Positions 1-10,759 of a stretch of 26,127 bases of DNA are shown here, in pieces; positions within the stretch are counted from its first letter, which is position 1; each line of letters starts with the position of its first letter. Source of the stretch: Xylographa opegraphella (taxonomy: Eukaryota); the NCBI GenBank assembly GCA_022813865.1, contig JALDZX010000050.1, positions 124,001-150,127 on the forward strand, read 5' to 3'. The notes under the pieces were generated by a model. That model worked only from the letters and a program-made list of their open reading frames with translations. It made no database searches and was not told the DNA's origin. The position numbers and the translations under genes were made by a program.

Positions 1-396
1 TACGCCGTTCACAGGAACGCAACCTCTACAGGTGAGAAATACCCAGCTGTCTATTCGACTTACATGCCGGGCCCACAACTTACGTGATATATGGCATTGG
101 CATATATGGCTGGGTTTGCTCTCAGCCTGATCGCGTGTACTCACGCAAAGGTGGACCGACACTGTATTGACGCTATGTCTTCATTGTTATTGTAGTCATG
201 CTAGCAGTTGTCAAATGTACAGGAACGAAGAAGGCCTGTCCCACCAAGTGGCAGCGTACGTCTGCCACGTCGCAATATGCTTTGGAGAACACATCCACCC
301 CTCAGTATGAAATCGCTCAAAGCTTGACCACCCCTGTTGTACGTTTGCCTTATATACACGTGGTCGTGGCTTTTCAACTTCAGCAAATGACCTATC

Positions 397-2870
397 TTAC
401 CAGTCCAGTGGCTCCTTGATCTCCTCACCACGGTTCGTGGTCGGGATAGGCGCGGCTTCGATTTTGACTGGCCCTGCCTTTCTGCCACGTCGAAGGTATC
501 CCGGATCGCCGATCCAAGGTGACTCCATGGCCATTCTGCTTTCGAACTTTCGGATCTTGTCCTCCATTTGCATAGTCAAGCCGATGTCGTCAAGACCGTT
601 CACCAAGCAATGCTTGCGGAACGACTCCACCTCGAAGTCAGCTAGCTTGTTGCCATGTGCGTCGTTGACAGTCTGGTTGACGAGGTCCACCTCGATCTCA
701 CGCCCAGCTTTCGCTTCTTCGGCGACTTTGAGTAAAGTTGGCTGGTCTGTGATGCAAAGTGGAAGCATTCCGTTCTTGAAGGTATTATTGAAGAAGATAT
801 CGGCGAAAGAAGGCGCGATGACGCATGTGATACCAAAGTCAAGCAGAGCCCATGGGGCGTGCTCTCGAGAGCTACCGCAACCAAAGTTGGCCCCCGTTAC
901 AACTAGAATCTTCGCATGCCGATAGGGTTCCTTGTTAAGAACGAAATCTGGATTCTCGGAACCATCTTTGTCAAAGCGGAGGCTGTAGAAAAGAGCCGAA
1001 CCAAGGCCGGTCCGTTTGATGGTCTTAAGGAACTGCTTCGGAATAATAGCGTCGGTGTCGATGTTGGCTTTCTCCATAGGAGCGGCGATGGCCTTTAACT
1101 TGGTGAATTTTGGCATTGCAGTAATGTGCTCGGGTGCCTTACTTGCGGAGTGGTTGTCTTCCGGTATATCGAGAAGACGTTCTATATCGTCGTCTGACTC
1201 CAGTTCTGGAACATCGGTTTCAAGGTTCAACTTCGGGGATGCTTTCGCAGGTGCAGTGTCAGGATTTGCTAACTTTCGCACATCTGCAAGCTTTCCAACA
1301 ATAGCAGCTGCGGCCGCCATTGCCGGCGACATGAGGTGGGTTCGCCCACCAGCTCCTTGTCTACCCTCGAAGTTTCTGTTTGACGTACTCGCACAGCGCT
1401 CCTTAGGCGAAAGAATGTCAGGATTCATCCCTAGACACATCGAACAACCCGCCTCCCTCCATTCAAATCCGGCATTCAGAAATATTTTGTCCAGTCCTTC
1501 CGACTCCGCTTGCTGCTTTACAAGGCCAGATCCTGGAACGATCATCGCTCTCTTAAGATTTGGCGCGATTTTCTTGCCTTCAACAATTCGAGCGGCTATA
1601 CGTAAATCTTCAATCCGAGCGTTGGTGCATGAGCCGATGAAGACCTTGTCAACTTCAATGTCTTCTATTTTTGTGCCAGCAGTCAGACCCATGTATTCCA
1701 AAGCTCTCCTCGCACTATCCTTCTTCTCTGGTGTTGAAAAGTCATCAGGATTCGGAACAATGCCCGTGATAGGTAATACGTCCTGTGGCGAGGTACCCCA
1801 GGATACAGTAGGCGCTATGTCCTGGGCATTGATGAACACCTCTTCGTCGTACTTTGCACCATCATCAGATCTCAAGCTTGACCAGTATTTAATGGCTTTC
1901 GTCCATTCCGGACTATCCACTTTGGGAGCCAAGGGTCGGCCCATGAGATACTTGAAGGTTGTTTCGTCAGGCGCCACCATTCCCGCTCTCGCCCCTGCTT
2001 CGATGGACATGTTGCAGATCGACATTCTTGCTTCCATACTGAGACCTCTGATAGCAGATCCGCAGAACTCAATCACCGAAGCAGTACCTCCAGCAGTCCC
2101 GATTACGCCGATCGTATGCAATATGATGTCTTTACTGGAGACACCAGGGGGAAGTACACCATCAACTTGTATTCGTATATTCTTGCTTCGTTTCGTGATT
2201 ATTGTTTGTGTTGCTAGTACGTGCTCGACTTCGCTCGTACCGATCCCGAAAGCTAAAGCACCAAAAGCGCCATGTGTGGATGTATGACTGTCGCCACATA
2301 CTACAGTCGTCCCAGGAAGGGTGAAACCCTGCTCCGGTCCGATGATATGAACGATACCTTGACGCTTGTCCCCAAGTCCAAAATACGTAAGACCGAACTT
2401 CTTAACGTTTTCCTCTAGTGTGAGGCATTGTGTGCGTGAGTCCGCCTCCTCCACGAACTGTCCAACATTCTTGAAGTTTTTGCGGGGCGTAGTTGGAACG
2501 TTCTGCTGGGTGTCAGGGAAAATCCGGAATGAACAGTGCAAGAAGAGGGAAGCAAGACATACATGGTCCGTCGTAGCAAGTGTGCAGTCTGGTCTACGAA
2601 CCCTCCGCCCCGCATTCCTTAAGCCCTCGAATGCTTGCTGTGTACTATATTAGCTCTGAGGAACGTGCACGGTCAATCAAAGGATGTGTACTGGAGATGT
2701 GACTTCGTGAACAAGATGTCGATCTGTGACTGATTAGCAAAGACCACTTCTGGTGCTTGCAGTGATTTACCAATATACAGTAGGATCGTTCCATCCTCGC
2801 GTTCGTCCACTATGTGATCTTGAAAAACTTTGTCATAGAGCGTCCTTGGCTTTGGATCCGCAGAGGGCAT
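397..2870 (-). CDS. LEU1: 3-isopropylmalate dehydratase (leucine biosynthesis), about 770 aa; exons 2870-2771, 2723-2692, 2637-2563, 2502-397
   Basis: The spliced N-terminus reads [21 protein letters not shown]...[45 protein letters not shown]. Motifs: [29 protein letters not shown] (Fe-S cysteines), [37 protein letters not shown]. LeuC and LeuD domains are fused as in fungi. Three GT-AG introns (47, 54, 60 nt) keep the frame (2313 nt total). Confidence 0.97.
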
Positions 2871-3014
2871 AGTTAACTACGGCAGGTATGCAAGCAGATT
2901 TGTGCTAGAATATGGAGGACAAGATACTGCGAGCAGCACGAGGCGCAAGACCTTCTTTCATATTGGTACAAGGCCTCACCCATCATCGGCATAGGCGAGG
3001 CGCTTGAAGCGAGC

Positions 3015-3028
3015 CTCCGGTGTCGGAG
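3015..3028. promoter_or_regulatory. Putative Leu3/LeuB Zn2Cys6 binding site CCG-N4-CGG upstream of LEU1
   Basis: CTCCGGTGTCGGAG: CCG(GTGT)CGG at 3017-3026 inside a 5-bp inverted repeat, about 150 bp upstream of the LEU1 ATG. It matches the known Leu3/LeuB consensus. Confidence 0.65.
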
Positions 3029-3595
3029 TGCGTCAGCGGTGTCGTCTGAACGCCGATTGGCTACTCCGGCTGTTTCCCAAAGTGTTCCAAAGCACGACGG
3101 ACGGTTGGGGGTATTGATATGGAGTTTAGGACTGCAAAGCAGCCTATTTCATCTGCACGACGCTTTATAGCAATGTCTTCAGCCACCTTTGGCGGGAATT
3201 CACTCCTACCTCATTCCATTGTACACGACCTTGAAAGCAAAGTAGAGTGTGGAAGACAATACCATAGACCGCTCTTACTCTATTGCCCTGAAAGGCAACG
3301 CAAATCAGTGCAAATACAACCCATGATTTCTTCTAGAATAGTCTAAGCTTCTCGGCTGCGTGCCCCAAGACCGAGAAGACTGCACCTGAGACCTTATTTA
3401 TGCACCGGTCTCGTTCTTCCAGCTCAAATCTGACACGATCTACAAATCTTTCGCTCTTTCTTCTATACTTGTGTTGTATAGGTTCGTCCTTCACCGTTGG
3501 GAAGTAATAACTCTTGCGAGGGATCGGCGGCTCCGGACCCACACGACTAATTCGTAGGTTCTCTGGAAAAGTTGGCTCACCACACCTGTGCCAGC

Positions 3596-4461
3596 TCAAC
3601 TCGAGTCCACTCGTGCTGTCTGCTCCGCTTCCGCATGATCCATGACGGCCTTCCCAATATCTAAGCCGCATGCTTCGATCCTAAGGTCTTTCCAATACTG
3701 CTCCCGCTCTTTGAGAACCTCTGAGCACCACTCCCGGACCTCTGCCAGCACAATTCTCTGTGCAACCCATGCAAATTCACCAAGGTCAAGTTTACCCTTC
3801 CGCTTTTCGTACTCCACCATCTGAAGTACAAGTTCCAATTTGTCAACATCATGAACAAATTTTGCTTCCATTGTTATGTTGTCCTCATATTCTTGCCATA
3901 TTTCCCGCATCTCCACACCGGCCTCCTTACCTCCTCGCTCAACCTTTCCCAGTAAGTGCGTAGTAAGGTAGTCCATAGATACTGTCTCCCGCCTATTTTT
4001 CTCGTCTTTACTGACTCCGTCAACAGGCGTAATGTCCCCTACCAAGCTCTCAGCCATATCATGGATAAGGGCCATTTTGATGCATCGCGGTATATCTAAC
4101 CGAGAAGAAAGAGACGTAGGTGCAAGCATTGTCATAATCGACATGCGATACATATGATCAGAAATCGATTCTCCATCATCAATATTGAAACGCCGCCAAC
4201 CTTCCCTGGGTGTAGTTTTCAGTCGTTCCATCAAGTGCAAGAACGGGATCGGCGAAGTGGGTTGGCTCTCTGAAGAAGGCGGTGCCAACGTAGCGAGCAC
4301 TATGATCATAGACAATTAGATACTGTTAATTTTCAAACGTTTCGGGTCACATGGACACTAGCTGCGATAATTCTAACAAGATAAAGTGCCAGATTGAGAT
4401 CCATACCAGATTCTACGGACCACTTTGGTATGTCTACCGATTTTGAGGCGCTCTTCTCCAT
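3596..4461 (-). CDS. HD-domain hydrolase, HDDC2/YGK1-like 5'-deoxynucleotidase family, about 252 aa; exons 4461-4407, 4299-3596
   Basis: Motifs LKTTPREGW, ESISDHMYRM, MALIHDMAESLVGDITP, WQEYE, DVDKLE. A 107-nt GTATGG...CTAAT...TAG intron joins MEKSASKSVDIPKWSVES to VLATLAPP in frame. Confidence 0.92.
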
Positions 4462-5005
4462 GTTAGATTGACTTTGAGGTGAAGCTTCAATTGATCGACG
4501 CTGAACACTCTCTGCCGTCCTAGAAGAGATGGCACCGATCTCTACAGCAATCGTACCTAGTAAACGAGAGGAGCACAATCGCCACGGTTTCTAATCTTTG
4601 AGATGGCACACTTGCAAATATCCTGGAGCGTAAAAGATTTTGATACTTATACTGTTGTCATCTTCACTGCTTGACAAGCTTTACGAGTTGTTTGTCGTGG
4701 ATCACTTGGACATTGTTCTAATCCGCGTCAACAAACTAGGGCTGAGGATAAGCCTATCTTAGCGTAAATTCTAAGCGATTGGATCATGCGGTTTCGCTTT
4801 GTTTACTCCAAATTCGTCATTGTTCACGGTATGATTTGGGTGTACCTTCGTAAAACTTGAGTCGTGCTATGGAATAATCAGAACTGTCTCTTGTTCTTGT
4901 CAACTATGTCTCATCCTTACGCTTTGGACTGATTGAGCTTTGGGAGACTGCTGCCCGCGTCCAACCACCTTCTTTGTTTTCCGCAGATGTGGAGCTCACG
5001 AGACA

Positions 5006-7024
5006 ATGAACAAACTTCCTGGGTCTGCATCAGCGGGACAGTTGACATCCGATAGCGACATATTGCTGAGGAATCTACGCTTATTGGACCTGGATGATGA
5101 CTTCGACTGGCCTGGAATATCAAAAGATACATTTATCGCGAGCGATACGATCAAGAATCAAAAGCAGCGTATTCAACGCGCAGAATGGGTTCTTTACAAG
5201 CTTCTTGAGAGGTGGAACCCTTCAGAATCGGAAGAGGTAGTATCCGTTCTCACAGTATAGTATTCGGCTGATTATTAGCAGAAGTTGCGGCCTTATTTTC
5301 CAGCACTCGAACCCTTACAGTCTCTCAATCTGCGCGCGGCATTATTTCGCGCCCTGAATGAATTGAAGAAAACGGGAGTCTTCCGTAAAAGTATCTTCAT
5401 ACGGAAGTCTATGTTGGATGATTGCAAAGGGCCCAGGTTTGAAGAAGTACTCGCTGCTCTATCAACCTCGGTCATTTACAAGATTCTTGCCGAGGATGAC
5501 AGCGATACGTCAATTGTACGACGATTACTACTGGGCCAACAAAACTTGGCTTCAATAGACGTCTCCATATTGAGTATGTCTTATCGTGCATCGTTGACGA
5601 AGCGATTATCCGAAAAGGAGGAACTAGGTCAACAATTCCGGAAGTTTGGTAGAATGCTTGACCTGGAAGACCATGAGATCAAACAAAGAGGGGGATTGAA
5701 TGCAGTTGCATCAAGGGGGTGGACAGAAAAGAGTGTACCTCAACGCATGATTACCAAACTCACAAAACACCTTTCAGAAAACTCGCAAGGCAACCATGAC
5801 TGGATAGAAATTCTGGTTCGAAGCGATCGTTTTAGACCTCAAAATTGTTTTCTTGAACAGTCATTTGATAAAATCTGGCCTCATGTTTCAAATGATACGC
5901 TCTATAAAGTCCGTCTGGTAAAAAAGGAGAACTTACTTGAAAATCTAGAAAGCCGTGTTTTAATACAGAACGATAGACTCGAGAAATGGAAGCAGATCAA
6001 GGAGAGCTTGGGGAAAGGTGCTGAATACGCAAGCCAAAGTACTCCAACCCACATGGACAAAGAAAAGCAGGGAGTCGACCGTTGTCGCCAGCAAAGCCCG
6101 CGCAAGTCCTGGGTGCTTCCATCTCGGCACAAGCAGCACACGGCAATGGATGAAGTAGGTATGGGAGAAACCATCAATGAGACTACTGTCCAAGATGAAA
6201 AGCCAAGGCTTAAGGATATCCAGCGGAAGTCTAGTCTTCATATCGATAAAACAGTACCAACAGGCTCTTTCAACATAGCAGCGGATCATAAACTGCAACC
6301 ACCTTCGGAAGAGATTGCGGGCATAGAAACACCACCACTAACCACAGATGATGACTCACTAGATACCCACTCCGGAAAATTTTGCATGAGGCCCAAAAGC
6401 ACCAACATAGTCGGCAGTTTCGCTCATAGTGGCGATATATTCTTCCTTCAAAAGACCGATTCGCAAGCAGAATCTAAGGGGCCGATTGCTCTGCAACCAT
6501 TGACTCCGATGACGCACACTCAAGTGCTCACTGCACAAACACCGTTATCTCTCGCTGAAAGGACACGGACATCGATGGCGCTTGCAAGTCCCGTGAAGAT
6601 GCCGCCGTGCGAAGAAACACAACCAGTTATAGCAACCATATCCCAGCAGGATGATGATACGATCTTTTCGGCCGACATTTTATCCACCGGCGGACTTCAT
6701 AGGTCTGCAAGCTTGTTGGATCGTACCCGGTATTCGATGTCACTTATGTCAACGACTTCCCACGTGCGACGCCAATCACTGAAACCCCATGTCTCTAAAG
6801 TATATCCAGTCAATCAGTTTAACAGTCCAGGACGAGAACAATCATCAACTGAACCGACCGAAGTCTCCATTCTGGAGGAAATATTGCCTGACGCTGACGC
6901 GGACTATGAAACTGTTTTCAAATCCAGGCCCAAGATAGCCTTGAGCCCGAGATTAAGTCCTGTTCAAGATGGCATACCATATTCTGCAGCCGGAACAGAG
7001 AGATATGGTATAGAACCTGGATAA
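5006..7024 (+). CDS. HAUS6: Augmin complex subunit 6-like protein (HAUS6 N-terminal domain, disordered S/T/P-rich C-terminus), about 657 aa; exons 5006-5236, 5282-7024
   Basis: The N-terminal pattern NLRLLDLD..DWPGI...NQKQRIQRAEWVLYKL...KLRPYFPALEPLQSLNLRAAL.R.L.ELKK.G...RKSMLDDCKG.RFEEVLA resembles fungal HAUS6 homologues, and there is a DYETVFKSRPKIALSP C-terminal motif. A 45-nt intron (5237-5281) preserves the frame. Confidence 0.8.
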
Positions 7025-7213
7025 GTTGCTCCATGTGAGGACTTCGAATAATGCACACCCTAATGATAGAACGACCATGAAACGAGTGATAAGCCGTAAG
7101 CAGGATGAACTATCTTTAAAGCACGTAAGCTTGGTTCCAGACTTCGCATCCTATTCTCAGTTGGTACTCGTATCAAATGTGCAGATTGTATCAGCTTCGA
7201 GCCAATCTTCTTG

Positions 7214-7993
7214 CTAACTTTGTGCAACTTCCCCGACTACCTGCTTCACATTCTCCAGATCATGCCCGAACCTACCAAGAAATAATCCATCCAAACCTGT
7301 CCTGAGTCCTTCCCACGTCCCCGGACCAGCACTTCCTCCGTAGAGTATCCTTACAGCATCCATTCGTCCTGTCGCCCCCATAACCCTCCGCAACTCTCCC
7401 ACAACAGCCATTACATGATCGCTGCTCGCCGGCTCCGCAGCGCCAATCGCCCACACCGGCTCGTAGGCGAATATCACACCTGCATCCTCTGGAATAGCCG
7501 CCAGGATAGCCTCCAGCTGCGGAATGACCTCCCGTACCGCGATCCCTACCCCTTCCGACATGATCCCGCTCTTCGACCTTCCTCTTTCCCCTATGCACAC
7601 CAGTGGGATCATCCGGTTCCTCACCACCGCCTGCGCTTTCCGCGCCACCAACTCGTCCGTCTCATTGAATGGCGCTCGGCGACGCTCGGCGTGGCCCAAT
7701 TCCACAATGGCGCATCCCAGCTGTTTGAGCATCAGCGGGGACACTGAGCCCGTGTGCGCGCCAGCATCTTCCCAATGGCAGTCTTGAGCGCCGAGGAGGA
7801 TATGCGGTGTGCTGTCGAGGAGTTTGGCGGCCTGATGTAGGATAGGGAAGGAGGGTATGAGGAAGAGGGAGCAGGCGCCGCGCGAGGGGAAGGCGGCGGC
7901 GAAGGATTCGATGTAAGCGGTTGCGGTCGGGAGGTCGAAGTACATCTTCGTGGATACGCCGACCAGGCGGTTGGATAATACGGGTTGGCTCAT
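7214..7993 (-). CDS. Divergent triosephosphate-isomerase-family protein (TpiA2/EryH/LerI-like), 259 aa, intronless
   Basis: Catalytic K (GVSTKMYF), H (LGHAERR) and E (AYEPVWAIG) are present, plus ILYGGS. It deviates from housekeeping TPI (GGNWKMN, GFLVGGAS) by STKMYF and GLFLGRF. The first true ATG is 7993 (the ORF-track start at 7999 is GTG). Confidence 0.9.
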   Translation of the reverse strand: MSQPVLSNRLVGVSTKMYFDLPTATAYIESFAAAFPSRGACSLFLIPSFPILHQAAKLLDSTPHILLGAQDCHWEDAGAHTGSVSPLMLKQLGCAIVELGHAERRRAPFNETDELVARKAQAVVRNRMIPLVCIGERGRSKSGIMSEGVGIAVREVIPQLEAILAAIPEDAGVIFAYEPVWAIGAAEPASSDHVMAVVGELRRVMGATGRMDAVRILYGGSAGPGTWEGLRTGLDGLFLGRFGHDLENVKQVVGEVAQS

Positions 7994-8304
7994 GGTCACC
8001 TTGGTCGCAGAATCCTGGTGCTGAGATGAGTTGTGAGAAAGTATGGTGTAGCTGTAGGCGGTCGGGAGAACGTAGGAGGTGTAGAGCGGAGCAGTAGCGA
8101 CACTTTTGTGAGAGGCCCCATGCTAGTCAGAGACTCAATGGACAAGAACTCCCAGTCTGCGGTTCGTGAGAATTATATGTCTACTTGGACGATACGAAGA
8201 CGTTGGCTTGAACACGGTGTGGATTTGTCTATTTACATCTCCAACCATTCCCGCAAGTGCCAGCGGACAACAACACAACTTCATATCCTCAATCCTGCCA
8301 TTCT

Positions 8305-8805
8305 CTATAATCTCTTCACACCCTCCCTCCGAAACCGTTCCTCGTGCCCCTTCAGAACCTCTACTTTCTCCGCGCTCGCGCTCTTCTCATCGAACCGATA
8401 GCTCAGCCATTCCACCGCCAGCCTCTTCGCCAGCTCCAGCCCCACGACTCGCTCTCCCATACACAATACTTGTGCGTTGTTACTCGTGACGCTCTTCTCC
8501 ACGCTGTAGCTATCGTGCGCCGTCACTGCCCTGACACCCGGGACCTTGTTGGCACTGATGGCGACTCCGAGGCCCGTCCCGCACACCAGCAGTGCTCGAT
8601 CGACTTTGCCGGCCGCGATCATCTCGGCAGCATCGACCGCGATGTGTGGATATGCTGTTGAGTCCGAGTCTTCGGGGACACCGACATCGGTCACGGAGGA
8701 GACGAGGGGGTTAGACGAAAGAACTTTGGTGAGGGCGGCTTTGTAGGCGTGGCCGGCAGAGTCGCTGCCGATGGCATACCGTAACGGCTGTGGTTTCTCA
8801 GACAT
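8305..8805 (-). CDS. rpiB: RpiB/LacAB-family sugar-phosphate isomerase (DerI/EryI-like), 166 aa, intronless
   Basis: Motifs IGSDSAG, YP, CGTGLG (catalytic Cys), [26 protein letters not shown]. Confidence 0.92.
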   Translation of the reverse strand: MSEKPQPLRYAIGSDSAGHAYKAALTKVLSSNPLVSSVTDVGVPEDSDSTAYPHIAVDAAEMIAAGKVDRALLVCGTGLGVAISANKVPGVRAVTAHDSYSVEKSVTSNNAQVLCMGERVVGLELAKRLAVEWLSYRFDEKSASAEKVEVLKGHEERFRREGVKRL

Positions 8806-9431
8806 AGCGTCTGCTGGAGTAGGATGGGAAGTGTAGGTGGAATGGAGCTGCTGGATTTGTTGAGGGTGTTCATCTTGACAACGGTCAGATAATATTTATT
8901 TCTTGCGATGCGCTCTGCGTCATTAGTGGGGTATTTAGAAGTCTCTGGGGTAATCCGGCGCCACCTGCTGGGCTGGTTTATTGGATTCTGCTAGGGTAGA
9001 ATAAAGATTTGGAATGGGCAACGGGAGACCACGAGCCGAGTGAATCACAAATATAAAGGAAACAAGTGTATACTCAGAGCAAGTGAATTGAAATTTCATT
9101 TCGGAGGATGGCTCTTGATTGAGCTCTATTATTCATTCATCCGCTTTCTAGTACGACAAGAGGGTGTTTGCAAAGGGACTTCAGGCCTCGGCTCGGGTTC
9201 AAGGCGGAGCCGCTAGAACCTAAGCCCGGGAGCCCGCAAATGCTAACGATCATGTTATTGCATTTGCTTCACCTGCCCTCTGTCAAGCCTTTCATTATTC
9301 ACCACAGACCGTGAGACAGCTGGCTCGGCGAAGATACCTTAAGCTCAAGCCTGATTCTAACTCGTCAGGCCAGCAGCTAATATTGGTGGTCGACGTATCT
9401 GTGATACCTGTACCAATTCCCTCGCAGCGCC

Positions 9432-10532
<1,101 letters not shown>

Positions 10533-10759
10533 CTTCTTCACTTCTTGGGCGATAGCATTGCAGTGTCTTCTGCTTTATGAGCGTATATACCCTGACATGC
10601 TACTTCATGACACCCGATCCGATCAAAATCATGACAAGCCCCATCGCACTATCGCCCATAAGCTTCATCTCTATGTCATCGGCAAACTCTGCTGTACATT
10701 CGTTGCGTTCTCCCAGGGTATCGTGGCCAAACGCCAAAACAAAACATTATATGACGCTC

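Noticed and set aside
1016..2287. 423-aa + strand ORF (also 416-925)
   Set aside because: It is the antisense shadow of LEU1, has no recognisable motifs, and is explained by codon bias of the real gene.
9185..9215. tRNA-like GGTTCAAG within a GGCTC/GAGCC hairpin
   Set aside because: No cloverleaf, D-arm/A-box or acceptor stem can be built.
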